A stretch of 64,000 nt of DNA from assembly GCA_013265495.1 (NCBI GenBank), contig MU058565.1:1-64000 (forward strand), in the 5' to 3' direction. Under the pieces are notes generated by a model. That model saw only the letters and a list, made by a program, of their open reading frames with translations. It did not search any database and was not told the DNA's origin. Below are positions 24,651-38,369 of this stretch, in pieces. Source of the DNA: Vicugna vicugna. Taxonomy: Eukaryota. A program made the position numbers and the translations under genes. Numbering within the stretch: position 1 is the stretch's first letter; every line of letters begins with the position of its first letter.

Positions 24651-25643
24651 TATAGCTACACAAACACACACACATACCCATCTATCTGTATCTGTATCTA
24701 TCTATCCACCTGTCTATCTATCATCTGTCTGTCTATATCATCTCTTCTGCTATCATCTGTCTACCTAGAAAAGCATGGATTTACGCAGATACATCCCATT
24801 CCAGTCTTTGACTCCACAGGCTTTATTCTGGTCTTCTCCCTGTCTAAATAAGTGACTCCCTTCTCCAACAGTGAGAATTCTGGCCTCCATCATCCTGTAT
24901 ATATTTACTTCCTTGATCAACCTAGTCCACGATCCATCTCTTTCCACACATGGATGCCCCCCTCACCATAATCGGGATCTCCACCCCGGTATTTAGGCTC
25001 TGGCTGCTGTTGCAGGCCACCCACCTGAGTGGGTGCTGCGGGTCCCTACAGCCATGCCAGGCTGCCATCCCTGTGGACACCCTGCCCTCCCTACTTGGTC
25101 TCTGATTTGGAGCCCCTGTGCCTGCGTTCTCTGTCCTGCCCTGCAGCGCGTGCCTGCCCATCTCCATGCCCCACCTGCTGGTTTTAGACTGGACTATCCA
25201 GGAAGGGGAGGTGACACGGGGGAAGGAGAGCAGAGGAAAGACGTAGAAGAGGGAAAGGAGGAGCCCTGTGCAGCTTCCGATACCAAGTGAAACTGACCAG
25301 TGCTTGTAGTCTTTCTGCCCGGTCAGTTGACCAATCAACCATCTTCTATACCACGTTCATTTTGTTAAGACAGTTGGGAATTGAGGGTGGAATACAAAGT
25401 AGTATGAAAAATATTTGCTCCAAAAAAGGTAGATTTAAACTATGAACATAGTTTCTAAGCAGTGGATGAAGTCCCAGTGGATTAACTCTTACTATTTAAT
25501 ATATCAAATTGGAGTTTTGGAAAAGGCCCACCCACCAGTGATGGTGATGGTCCAAAGCATTTAGCATCTGAACCTCCCTGATTCAGTGGTACGTTCCCCT
25601 TAACGTGCAGCCTGGCATCAGATAATACTTTGGTAAAGAGATC

Positions 25644-25649
25644 TTTATT
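25644..25649 (-). terminator. Distal polyadenylation signal AATAAA of gene B
   Basis: ~450 nt after the stop codon; human CYP3A4 also uses two poly(A) sites. Confidence 0.6.
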
Positions 25650-26005
25650 GACTTGTTCATTATCATATTTAATTTAGAACATTCAAAATAAAATCTGTGA
25701 CATAAATGTCACTACTTCAGTCACCACTATCATTCTTATTTTCACTAGGTCTGTTGGTAAAATTGTTGAGAATTTTTCATTCTGATCAGCACTCAGGAGG
25801 AGTAGATGGTACTAACTAGGGGTGGGTGGAGATGGTCCTGTGAGAACTCGGGAAGCTGAGTCTACATATCTGGCCCTTCCTAGTCACCTCCTTCATGTGA
25901 CACAACATACAACACTCCCCGTAGACCCTGAGAGAGACCCTGAGAGAGCTAAGTGAACGCACAGAATCCCTAGTCACCCATCACGTGCAGTGGGTGACGC
26001 CCGCC

Positions 26006-26011
26006 TTTATT
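26006..26011 (-). terminator. Proximal polyadenylation signal AATAAA of gene B
   Basis: ~85 nt after the stop codon. Confidence 0.55.
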
Positions 26012-26095
26012 TCTGGGTTTTCTCACAAAGTCCAGGTCTCTGGTGTTCCGGGATGCAGCTTCCTCGCAGAATAAAGTACAGGTCCTTAGGGAAAG

Positions 26096-26191
26096 TCAGG
26101 CTCCATTTACAGTCCCATCTCTGGGCTCCACCTTTAGAACAACAGGTTTTTCCGGTTGTGAAAGCGACTGAGTGATTAATTTCAGGGGGAT
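26096..26191 (-). CDS. CYP3A: CYP3A gene B exon 13 (coding): [31 protein letters not shown]
   Basis: 96 nt to TGA; total CDS 1512 nt = 503 aa + stop. Confidence 0.97.
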   Translation of the reverse strand: MPLKLITQSLSQPEKPVVLKVEPRDGTVNGA

Positions 26192-28261
26192 CTGCAACAG
26201 TTAAACAAGCTCATGAGAACTGAATGATGAAGCACTGCCGCCGAGGAAAGCAAAGCAGACAAGACACATTACAGAAAATAGCTTTACAAACACATAAAAG
26301 CTATTTTTAGCATCGTGTGTATCTGATTTTTTAAAAACTACCAATTCAATATGTTTAATGATATAGGAATGATCAGGCTGTCTATATTTCCTAATTGAAT
26401 TTCAACCGTTTGCCTCTTTCAGAGAATTGGTCTATTTAACATATGTTATAAAACACATGGGAATAAAGTTGTTCATAGTATTCCCTTATTATGCCCTATT
26501 TAAGTTTTTTTTAATCCATTTTTAATTGAGCTATAATTGACTTATAGCAGTGCAAAAATTTAGGGTGTAGAGCATAATGATTTGACTTCTACATATCGTG
26601 AAATTATTAACAAGGTACACTTTGTTAACATTCATCATCTCGTGTAGATATAAAAAGAAATATTGTTTTCTCTGTGTGAGAACTCTGAGGAGCTACTCTC
26701 TTATACCAAACAGAAATGTTAACTGTTGTCATCACGTTTGCATTACAGCCCTAGGACTTACTTTAACTGGACGTTTGTACCTTTCGATCACATTCATTTT
26801 TTGATCCTTTATACTTATTCTATAAGCTGTGTTAAGACTGGATAGTGAGAACATTCATCCATCATTTATTCCAAAAACTGTCTATTGGACACTTACTCTA
26901 TACCAGGTTTGATACAGAATCAGGTTGGCCTGTGTTCTTTATTGATTTAAATTTTAAGTAAAAATACTGAGTTTTAAAAACGTACCAGATTCTTAGACAT
27001 TATGGCAAAATATCTTGAAAAAGGATATAGAGGTAATCTTTTGTGTGCTGGAATTCAAAAGGTAATCCTGTGCAGGTATGACGCAGGTTAACTGTATGGG
27101 CCATTCTCAGCTTCCAAAGAGCTCAGTTACTTCTCCCAGTAGAACCCATCCAGTTTCAGGATGGAGAGGTGTTTGTGAGGCATCATGCCTGTTTCTAAAT
27201 ATCTCCTGGCTCCCAAGTATAGTACAAATGGTGAACTTCTGAAGACTTGCAGTGCTTTTATTTTTTCTGATACTTTTAGCTCCATTCTCACCCAGTCACT
27301 CCATCAGTGTTGGTGGAGCTTCCTTCCAATGTCAGTTGACAGAAGGGAAAGCAAACTGTCACGGAGGGGAGAAGCCCAGCCTGTGGATGACTGGGTGGAG
27401 CTTACAGGGAGTGTCTGCCCCCTCCCGGATGTGCCGGAGACCCCCTTTCTCTCGGGGCCAAGTCCCCTGTCTGTCCACCGTTACAGGACTGCCATAAGGA
27501 TGCCCACAAGTAAAATGAGAACCATCTCCATCCCCTGCCTCCCTGAGAAAGGCTACTTAAGGGGGGGGGCTGCTTATTAAATGTATGAGTCCTAGAAATA
27601 AGCCTTATTATAGGGTCGAGCTTGCTGTGAATCAGTGGCAACTATTCCTTGTGCTCTCCGGGAAAGATTCCAGATCTTTCTGTAAATATAACATCTTGTA
27701 TTTTAAAATTTCAAATGGCATGCATATATTTCCCCTGCAGACAAACAGACACACACAGAACAAGCACGTACATAGATGTCATTTGTTAAATCTTTTAAGT
27801 TCCAACAGTTTAACGTTTGTATCCAAGACCTGTAAATTAACTGCTCATCACTCCTTAAGCCTTTACCAGATGACTGGGAGGCACCATTAGGCATTTATGA
27901 AAGGAACACAATGAGGGGCTAGAGTTAAAGACGTTCTTAGGTGCAAAGGAAACACAGAAACCAAACTGGATGGTTCAATGATGAAGTATTAAGGTAGATG
28001 GTTGGACCCATGACGTCAGCCTGTGTAAACCAGTAACAGAATAGAGCAGGAAATGGGCTCAGGACTGTTTGGAGGAGGCTCTGTGGAGAGGCTTAGGGGT
28101 TGAACTAGAACTTGAAGGGGGAGGACAGAATGGTGGGGGGAGCGGGAAGGACACACATGGAGTTATTATTGGAATGCAAAGGGAGCCCAGCCCAATGGCA
28201 GCAGGACTCCCGGAAGGTGAGGGGGACCGTGGGAGTCTTCACATCTGGCAGAAATGCTTTC

Positions 28262-28410
28262 AATCAGGGATTCTCGCCTTGGCTGCACTGAGACGTTTTG
28301 AATGCCGCACTCTGGGGGAATTACATTAGAACGTCCGAGATGACCTAGGCACTAGGGTTTTTAACTCCCCCATGATTTCATTCTGCAAGCAGTGGCTGAG
28401 GACCGCTGCC
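28262..28410. mobile_element. MER5-like remnant; homolog at 62690-62840
   Basis: cagggattctc...gcagtggctgag..ctg termini. Confidence 0.5.
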
Positions 28411-28786
28411 AGGAGAGCTTCTGGAAGTCCTGGTGGAAAATCATGTTGTTGAAAAGGCACGACATGGTCATCACTGCACTCACGACTGTGCACACACTTC
28501 CCCTTCCTTCCTGCAGACTTGAAACCAAGTTTAAAATGTTGCTGAATTTCAGTGGACTGCGTATAATCAGGCCATGCCAACTGCACTGACTCTAGATGAA
28601 CATTATAGTTGAGTCTCTATGAAGCCACAGACTTAGCCCTCCCGAGCTGATGGCAAATAGATTCTCAGCCGAAGAGAATACATTTTTCTTTGAATAGATC
28701 ACATTCTTAGGCATAGAGACTGAACCCTCAGTTAAGAAAACAACCCGCAATGAAACATTGTGAATGCAGAAAGTGAACTGTCTGAC

Positions 28787-28949
28787 CTGTGTTTCTTTAC
28801 AAGGTTTGAAGGAGAAGTTCTGCAGGACTTTGACGAGAGCCAGTTTCATGCTCATCATAGCGAACCTCATGCCGATGCAGTTTCGGGGTCCAGTCCCAAA
28901 AGGCAGGTATGTGTAAGGATTTATGCTGTCCTGGTTCTTCTTGCTGAAC
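28787..28949 (-). CDS. CYP3A: CYP3A gene B exon 12 (heme ligand): [54 protein letters not shown]
   Basis: 163 nt, [10 protein letters not shown] heme-binding cysteine motif. Confidence 0.98.
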
Positions 28950-31124
28950 CTGGATCCACAACAGTAGATGAAACAGGTTAATGAGACATAAGAACCACAA
29001 GAGCTCCAGGTGTGGTTTTAACTTAAACCCTCAACCAGTAGCATTAGGGATCCTTTTGTGGGAGAGTCATTCATCCTGCTGTGGTTACTTTGCTGTGAGA
29101 AAGGTCAGCTCCAGTTCCTTCCCATCCCCCCCACCCTGTAAGAGCTCCCAGTCTTGCTGAGGAGATGAGATCAATGCTGTTTAACGAAAATTAATATTTA
29201 AACACTTAAACTACAGTCATGGAGGTGAGATGTTCACGCTCTGAAAGTCAAGCCGGAAATGAGACTGACTAACGGAAACGTGGGTTCCTGTCTCCATGGA
29301 CACTTGTGTTGGTCACATGCTCCTCGAGGAAGGAAGGAGCAGAAGTGTCTCTGAGTATTTAAATTACTATTTTTCCCTGTTTTCCCTTCCCTTCCCCTTC
29401 CCTTCTCTTGTGTCACTGTGTGTCTTTCTCTGCTGTACACAAAATGCTTAGGTCAAAAGATTCACAGAATCATATGATTCCACTCTACTCCCAATCACTA
29501 ATTTCCCTGTCTGCCTGTTCCACTAGCCTATGAATTCCTTGGTCATTAGACCTAGGTTTTATTCAAATCTGACTTCTCAGTATTTGAATATATTAAGAAA
29601 AAAATGTGGATTTGGAGAAAGTGATAAAGTTGTGGTGGTTAATGTATATTTTAAAGAATCCCTATCTTGCAAAACATTCTGTCATATTTACAGGCCATGT
29701 GACTCACAACGGTACAGGGATTAGGAGGGTAGGAGTGGCATGTGATGGAGCAGTGACGTGGGTTGATGGTTGTTGAGCAGGGAATGGGCACAGACAGATA
29801 CATTACAAGTATTCCATAGACTTGTACCTATAGAATATACTTGTGAATGTGTCCATTACACATACACTTGTGTATATTTAAAAAATTCTCCATAATAGGC
29901 TTTTTCTAACATGTGGATTTCACCGCTCCTGGCTCAGTCCCTGACACACAGAGGTAAGCACTCCCTGCGTGATGACTGAATGAACCCAAGAGAAGTGGAG
30001 TGACTGCTCTCTGTCTGGGGTTAGGACTGTGGAGCTGCGGGTCGGGGGGGAACTGCTGAGCTGGGAGGAACCACAGGTTCCCTGGTCCAGAAAACAGAGG
30101 ACTTGGTCCACTCTAACTTCTTTCAGCAAGTGTTATGTGTGGCCATGATGCTAGCACTAGGGACACTGTGGCAATAAGACCAAGTCCCTGCCATCAGGGG
30201 GCTTAAAGGCAGGGGTAATAAAAGTCTAGATCCCAGCTGGGGCCGGAAAAAGTTCATTCCACATTTTAACTCATTATGTAATAAATGGGACCATCAACTC
30301 TTTCCAGAGTTCAAGCTGTGCCCAAACCAGCCCTCTGTTCCTGGTTCCTGAAGAGGATGCTCAAGCCCCTCCAAGGAGGATGTCCCAGACGTCTAGAGGT
30401 CAGAGGGCTTCTCTTTGGAAGGTCACCAAATACCGAGGCAGAAGGGAGGTGGCCCAGGACTGCAGACACAGACAGCACTGGGGGCCGTGCTCCCCTCGGC
30501 CCTCAGTGAGGCTGCTCCAACCACCAGGGGTGACATCACCCCCGGCCTCTCAGCCTGAACTCTCACAGTAATGGTAGAAGACGTGACAGTCAATGTTTAA
30601 AAACATGGAAATGTGGGAACGTTGGTGGTGAATTCAAAGAGCTGAAGAGAACAGACAGAAAGACTTCAAGGAAATAAAAAGCCTATACACCTAAAATAAG
30701 ATAGAGGTTAGGTCAATTACAGCATATATACAAATACATACAAACACAACACAGAATGTTGTTTATAGTTTGCTGTGAAATAAGGCAAGCAGTTCAAAAA
30801 CAAAAAAAGTATAATACCATTCTAAAGGTTTTAAATCTATATATGCATTGGGAAAACGTCCACATGGACATACGCCACAGTATTAACGAGGCCCGTCTGA
30901 AGGCACTAGGAGTACAGCCAGCTGCTACTATCTATTTACTAATATACAGTTTGTATAATTTTAACTCAAACAATAAACACTCTTGCAAAGAGAAAAATCT
31001 CCTAACAATAGAAAGACGTACAAATAAATGACTGCACAACCACACATTTGTCGCCTATGAGGGTTCTCAGAATTTGCAAGCACCCAAAAGGATCAGGGTG
31101 GGTCCTTTCTCCAGGGCCTCGTAC

Positions 31125-31351
31125 CTTTCGGGACGGAACTCCTCAGGCTCTGGCCAGAGCTCTGGGTCGTGGTGAAGAATGAAGACTGGCACCATCACCG
31201 TTGTCCCTTTGGGAATGAGCACCCCGTTGAGTTCCACATCTTTCTTACAGACCCTCTCCAGCCTACCAGCAAGTGGGATTAACCTGAGCAATTCATTCAC
31301 CACCATGTCCAGATACTCCATCTGTACCAGGCCATCGTAGGTGGGGGGCGC
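31125..31351 (-). CDS. CYP3A: CYP3A gene B exon 11: [76 protein letters not shown]
   Basis: 227 nt, AG/GT flanks, ExxR and PERF-meander motifs. Confidence 0.97.
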
Positions 31352-33149
31352 CTGGGAAGGCAAAAGCAGATTTTGACACATTGAGATTTGGGATCAACCT
31401 TCAACTCAGTCTATGAAGTGCTATTGAAATGTTAGAATCTCCAGAGAATAATTTAAACTGGTAACGGACCTTAGCATTCACAGACATTTTAATCTCTTTC
31501 ATGTCTTTGACCCGCTCAGTGGCCCATAGAGATGTGTGGGGTAGTTACAACTACGGGAGGCCCTGGGGACAATTCCCTAAACAGGGCCTGAAATCCCACA
31601 CACTGTCAGGTAGTGTTTTTTCTTTCTCATGAGAACAAATGCGACTAATAGACTATGACCCCTACTCTTAAGTGAAATACCCCTTAGCCACTGTTTCTTT
31701 TTAAAAGAGAGGCCACACACCCGTTCCAAGGAAATGCTTTGCATGAACGTGCAATTTCCCCCCTTAACATACAGGTTTTAAGCTGAAAACTCCTGATTGC
31801 TGATTCTCCTGTATATGCATAGAACATTTGAAAACACTATGTGATGTAAAATCTAGGTAAACAATTTTGGGAGAAACTAGTTCTTTTTTAAAGTGAAAAT
31901 ATGCAATGGAGGGGTAAGATGGCTGCTCGGGGGGCACACACTTTCAGATCTAGGGGAAGTTACCTGAGGACCAGGACCCCGCCCTCGGCCCCGCCCTCCG
32001 TTGCTGAGCAGTCTCCTGCTGTCACTGAAATTTTGACTGTAAAGTCTGAGGGTCTAATCAAGCCTCTCCAGCCCCAGAGGCCAGGTCTCCTAACAGTTCC
32101 AGTTTTGGCAGAGATCCGCCAACAGTGAGGGTGACGTGTGGCTGTCACATGGTGTTGTATTTTAGAGGCAATATCGTAAAGGGTAAGAATTGGCTCAGGA
32201 GCCAGGGACACCCTGGCTCAGAGCTTGGCTTTTTCTCCACGGGGTACACGACGAGTGTATGCAAGGATTCCATCTCTCGGCAGCTCAGTTTTCTGATGTG
32301 TCACATGGAGATAATTCGAGCTGACACGTCACAGGGCTCTGTGGCAGAGACACTCACTGCTCACCCAGTGTCCACGTGGTCCCCACATTTCCCAGCCCAC
32401 CTGAAGTTAGGGGAAACCAGCTTTCTTTGCCAGCGGGCTGTGAACTGAGGCGATTATGTCAGTTCGAGGTAAAATACTTGAAAAGCTGGTGAGCAACGCT
32501 CAAGTCCCTTATCCCGAGACAACAAGAAGGCCTCACGGACCAGACAACACAGCTACAAGATGGTGGAGCCTCTCAGTCAGCATCCCCGAGTAACTGTGTG
32601 TCTGAGCTCCCCATTCCCATCCTCCACTAACCATCCATGTGGGACTTGAAAATGTGAGTGAGAAGTAAATATTTGCTATATAAAGCCCGGAGATTTGAGG
32701 GTTAATCTGTGTCTGAGCATAACCTAGCTTCTCCTGACTAATACTGAATTTTATGAAGGTGAGGTTCATTTATAAATAGAAAGTACTTAAGTAGACATAT
32801 ATAAAAGAAGTAAATGTTAACCAATAGTGTTGATGTTATTATAAGGATTATTTTAAACAGAGGAGAACACAATGCTAGTCTCTGTCTCTTAGCGACCTTT
32901 CCCTCCTATTGCATCCAAAGAATCACAATATGGGTTTTACCAGAGAAGGCAGATCATCTCTAATTTAGGTTGGCCCTATGCTGTATCCTCATCTTGTATA
33001 TGAAGGACCCAAGATTCTGAAAAGTCATAACTTATCCAAAACCATAGTCACGACTTGAGCTCATGTCCTCTATTTTCTACCCTCCTCTTAGTCTGCAGTT
33101 TACCCAGGGTGGGAGACTGAATAATGTTCCCAGTTCTCTGCCCCTTCCT

Positions 33150-33535
33150 GTGTTCATGCCCTTTGCCATCTGACTGTGTGGTGCCCTCCCATTTTGACTC
33201 TGGGATTGACCAGTTGACTTGTTTGAACCAGTGGAAAGTCACCCAAGTGTGATGCAAGCAGAGTTTTGAAGGCACCTGCATGATTGGGCGCCTTGCTCCT
33301 GCCACCTACCACTGCCCTGAGAAGCAGACATGTGGAGATTGGAGACATGTGGGGCACGTGTGCAGTTGAGTCAGCCCCCCTAGCTTAGCCAAGGCCAGCC
33401 TGGACCAGCCAACACCCAGACCAGTCAAGTCCAGCCATATCAACAGGTAACTATGCAGACACTGGAGCAATAAATGCTTACTCTAAGACGCCATTGAGGT
33501 TTTGCGACTTTTACGGGGCATTTTGTGATAACTGA
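33150..33535 (+). mobile_element. MLT1-like MaLR LTR in gene B intron 10; another fragment at 32560-32750
   Basis: MLT1-like motifs and aataaatg..gataactgata end. Confidence 0.6.
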
Positions 33536-33752
33536 TATGCCAGGACCAGCATTATTTTCACAGTACCGATAGTTCTGTGCGTTGCATGCATAACCTATGT
33601 TTCCTCCTTTGTTTTGTGTGCTTTGGGTCCTTCCTAAATAGCACAGGTAAAAGATTTTATGATCCTGCTTTTTGCAAAAATCTCATTAGAAGTGGTGAGG
33701 AGGCATCACTAAGGCTTCACTGTCTCTCTCATTTCAGGTGTCATTACCTCAC

Positions 33753-33913
33753 CTTGTTGGGGAAAGTCGCATCGATCTCCTCCTGCAGCTTCTGTTGGAC
33801 ATCGGGGTGCGTGGCCAGTTCATACACAAGTAAGGAGAGAGAATTGCTGGTGGTCTCATAGCCAGCAAAAATAAAGATAATGCCTTGGGCCACCAGTTCT
33901 AGGTCAGACAGAG
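33753..33913 (-). CDS. CYP3A: CYP3A gene B exon 10 (I-helix): [54 protein letters not shown]
   Basis: 161 nt, AG/GT flanks, AGYETT oxygen-activation motif. Confidence 0.97.
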
Positions 33914-34378
33914 CTAAAAGGAGATGAAAGATATGTCAGGTAAGCACGTCAATGTCAATTTTACAGCAGATTAAGCTAGTGAACAAAATGCTATCCAAAT
34001 GTTCCAAGCTGAGGTCACCAACTCTGGGGCAATGTCCCTCCTGATGTGATGAAGTCTTGGTGCAAATTTCCAGGCAGAGGTTCTGACTCAGTGGGTCTGG
34101 AGGAGCCTGAGAATTGACACTGGAAACAAGCCCCCCAGAGGCTGGGCTGCAGGTGGTCCAGGACCAGGACTGACTCTGGGCGTGACGTTCTTGTCATCCT
34201 CGCCCTTCACGCTCTGAACAAAGTTGTGCCTGCGTAGTTCTGGGAAGTACCTCTGGCTACTGTTTCTTTCTGAACATGTGACGTTCTTCAATTTGGAAGA
34301 AATTCTCATCTGCCTGGAAACCTTCCTGCACGTTTTCAGAACCTCCCCTCAGTGGCCCTCTGAAGCACTCCTGGTTAC

Positions 34379-34445
34379 CTTTGTGGGTGCCCGTTTCTTT
34401 GGAATTCTGGGAGTCAATCATCAGCTGAAGAAGATCCACTCGGTG
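34379..34445 (-). CDS. CYP3A: CYP3A gene B exon 9: HRVDLLQLMIDSQNSKETGTHK
   Basis: 67 nt, AG/GT flanks. Confidence 0.96.
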
Positions 34446-35517
34446 CTGGAAACAAAGAGAAATTTCAGGGACAGAGCGTTACTTATGAAGACAGAAATGA
34501 ATCAGGAGTGCAGTATTCCTCCTCTTTCCTAAGACAACGGCCCCTTAAAGAGCAGAGGTCTGACTAGTATCACCTGAGACCTCAGTGGACAAAAATGCCC
34601 CCTACAAATCTTGGAGACCATGATGTGCCCCCGAGGGAAAAGCGGCCGTCACGCCCAACTGCTTTTTGTTCCTCGCCCTCTCTGATCTTGGGCTTCTCTG
34701 GCTTTTGAAACAGTTCTTTGCCGAAGAGCTGTCTGTCCCTCTCCCATCATCCCTGTTTGCTCAGGAGAAAGTGCATGACTTCCACCCTTTTTTCCCACCA
34801 GCTTTAACTCTTAAAGAACGGCCACATAAATTAATACGCTGACATCTGCAGAGTTCATCAGCAACTTTTGTAGAAGCATCTTCAAGTGCCCACCCTTCCA
34901 GGACTCTCCACACTCTTCAGTCACATCCTGGAGTACACAACCCTGTCCTGTGACCTGCAGGCATCCTTGTGCTGACCTACAGGACCCATGAAGGCAAAGC
35001 TGGCTTAACCAGCTTACAGCCTCGTGGCCCAGGGAAGACTCCTTCCCACTCCAGACTATGAGAGGCCTCAAATTTAGCATAGACTGCACCCCTCCAGGTG
35101 CCTGATGGGGTCTTCCAGTGGAGGTCATGCAGCATAGGAGGCTGAGAGGTTAAGTGATTCTTTGCCAATCTACTATGAGGGGAAATACAGTAAAATCATT
35201 TTGAATCAGTAGCTTTTATCCCTTAACCATTTATTGAAGAAAACTGGTAAGCTCCTTACCTCAGTAATATTTCTGCAATGACATACTAATCAGCATGCCT
35301 ACTGTTATAGCCAAACATTGCTCTCTGACTCACATTCTTATCTCCTTCCCCAATCTCCTCCTTCTTCAGTCCCTCCAAATTTTAGAATTTCCTGATCTAA
35401 ACTCTATAATTTTCTACCTACCTCTAAAAAATGCAGAGATGTGCATATGTCATACATGTGTCGCTCAATAAATTATCAAAAAGTAAACATCCTCATGGAA
35501 CCACCACCAGACTTTAC

Positions 35518-35645
35518 CTTTTGTTTATCTTTGAGGCGATTTTCTTTCATTCTTTTTACGGACTTTGTGAAAAAATTCACAGCACTTTTTGGAAACAGAG
35601 AAATATTTAATGCTTCGTAGACTAGGGTGAGGAATGGAAAGAATA
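35518..35645 (-). CDS. CYP3A: CYP3A gene B exon 8: [42 protein letters not shown]
   Basis: 128 nt, AG/GT flanks. Confidence 0.97.
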
Positions 35646-35999
35646 CTGTAGGGAAAAAAACAAAAGGAAAGCACAGTGCAAATGCAAAGTTTACCTGGAG
35701 CAACTACTGTTTACTCCATCAATCAAAAAATAAAAACACCAGAGCACTCAAGCAGGAGCCATTCCCTCCACAACCTTTGCTCAGACTTCCAAGCCAATGG
35801 CTGAGCAAGAGTAAGTCCACATCCAGGGGCCATCACTATAGGAGTGAGGTCAGTGGTCGCTTCTGCATCTTTGGGATGACCACAGGAGCAGGAATGTATT
35901 TTGGAACCTTTACTTCTTGGACTAACGCCTCTTTGGTTGAACCAGACCATAGTCCGTTACTTCAATTAATTATGCTATTTAAAAAATAATAGTCATGAT

Positions 36000-38009
36000 A
36001 GAAATAATACAGTGTATGTCTTTCATCACAATGGAATGTAACTGGAAATCAACAGCAGAAAGAAAATCAGGAAACATGGAAATATGTGAAATTCAGTGAC
36101 ACACTCCTAAATCACCAATGGGCTGTAGAAGATAAAGAAGGGGAATCAGAAATTACTTTCAGATGAATAAAAATGAAGACACAATGTACCCAAACTGATG
36201 GGCTATAACAAAAGCAGTGCACAAAGAGACATTTATGGCTATCTGTTTAGAGTTTTAAAAGAACAAAGATTTCAGATCCAAAACTTTCCAACTTAACACA
36301 CTGAAAAGAGAAGAGCAAAGACAACCTAAAGTAGCAGAAGGAAGAAAATAATAAGGATGAGAAGAGAAACTACAATGAGCAGGAGGATTAAAAAGCAATG
36401 GAAAAAAATCAGTGAAACCAAAAGCTGTTTCTCTGAAAAGATTTTTTTAGCTAGATTGACCACGAAAAAAGAGAAAATACTTAAACTGCTAGCACCAGAG
36501 GGGGGATTACAACTGCTATTTTAAAAATGAGAAGGAGTATAAAGAAATCTATGAACGACAGTATGGCAAAGATAACAGGTAAAATGCACAGGTGCCTAGG
36601 GTTCACACCAAGTACAAAAATAGACTCAAAACAGGCCAAAGACCTATGCATAAGAGCTAAAACTATATAGCTCTTCAAAGTAAACCAAGGGCTAAATCTT
36701 TGGGATCTCAGACTTGGCAATGGATTCTTAGCTATGACACCAAAAAAGCACAGAGAAGAAGAGGAAAAAATCCCTAGAAATTATACATGATCAAAATGAA
36801 ACATTTTACACTTCAAAGTACACAAACAACAAAGTGAAAAGACACTTACAGAAAGGGAAAAATCTTTTAAAATCATATATCTGATAAGGGACACCTATCT
36901 AGCATATATAAAGAACTCTTCCAACTCAACAGAAATACAATTCAACTATAAAAGGGCAAAGGATCTGAATAGACATTTACATCAAAAAAGACTGTAAGAA
37001 ACAGTTTGGTGGTTACTGAAACACAGAGTTACTACATAACTTACAGTTTCACCCCTGAGTACCACCAGGAGAATTGAAAACAGATATTCAAACAAAACCT
37101 GCCCATGAACGTGTGCAGCAGCACTACTGACACAGCCAAAAGGTGGAAACAACGCAAATGTCCCTCGGCTGATGCATGGATGGACAAAATGCAGAAAGTC
37201 CACATAATGGAATATTATTTGGCCACACAAAGAAATGAGGTACTGATATATGCTACAGTGGGGATGAACCTTGAAAACTTCATGGTAACCAAGAGAATCC
37301 AGCCACAAAAGACCACATATTCAATGATTCCATCTACCTGAAGTGTCCACAACACGCAAATCTACAGAGATAGAAATTAGTGGATGCTCAGGGTCAAGGG
37401 GAGTGGGAAGTGACAGATGAAAGGTAACAGGTTTGTGACTGACAAAAATGTTCTTCTACTGACTGTAAAGATGGTTGCACAATCTTTGAAAGTACTAAAA
37501 CCTTTTTTTCAGTTTCATTGAGTTATACTTGAGGCCCAGTACTGTCTTAGTTTGTGTTCAGCATAATGACTTAACACATACATGTATTGTGAAATTATTA
37601 ACACCATAATGTGTACTTAAAATTCCTCACCTCATATAGTTACAAAAATATTCTCCCTTGTGATAGGAACTTTTAGGATCTACTTTCTTAGCAAGGTACA
37701 AATGTAGCACACAGTGGTGTCGATTATACTTATGTAGTACCTTACACTGCCACTAATTTCATGTTATAACTGAAAATGTATGCTTTTGACCACTTTTATC
37801 CAATACCCCACTACCCAACCCACACCTCTGGTAACTAAAAATCTAATCTCGCTTTTCTATGAGTTTAGTTTTCTTCTTCTTCTTCTTCTTTGTGTGTGTG
37901 TGTGTTATTCTACATATAAGAATTTGCATTGCTCTGTTCAACTTAATTCACTTCACATAATACCCTCAAGCTCTTTCCACTTTGTCACAAAGGGCAGGAT
38001 TTTCTTCCT
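36000..38009 (+). mobile_element. L1 fragments in gene B intron 7 (plus to ~37500, then a minus 3' end); internally deleted homolog of the gene A intron 7 L1
   Basis: Aligns to 1490-4900 with a large internal deletion. Confidence 0.85.
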
Positions 38010-38220
38010 NNNNNNNNNNNNNNNNNNNNNNNNNNNNNNNNNNNNNNNNNNNNNNNNNNNNNNNNNNNNNNNNNNNNNNNNNNNNNNNNNNNNNNNNNNN
38101 NNNNNNNNNNNNNNNNNNNNNNNNNNNNNNNNNNNNNNNNNNNNNNNNNNNNNNNNNNNNNNNNNNNNNNNNNNNNNNNNNNNNNNNNNNNNNNNNNAAG
38201 AAATAAAGTAGTCCACATAC

Positions 38221-38369
38221 GTAGTGAGAGAACGAATGGATCTAAGTAGTTAAATTTTAAGAGCTTCTTGCCGTATTCCACAAAAGGATCTTGTGGGTTG
38301 CTGAGAGAATCAACGTTCACTCCAAATGCTGTGCTGGTAATCACATCCATGCTGTAGGCTCCAAAGATG
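38221..38369 (-). CDS. CYP3A: CYP3A gene B exon 7: [49 protein letters not shown]
   Basis: 149 nt, AG/GT flanks. Confidence 0.97.

Noticed and set aside
14156-26000. Search for detritus or pseudo-exons like those between human CYP3A genes
   Set aside because: No extra exon 1, 2 or 13 copies were recognised in either intergenic region by eye. TBLASTN would be needed to exclude very decayed copies.
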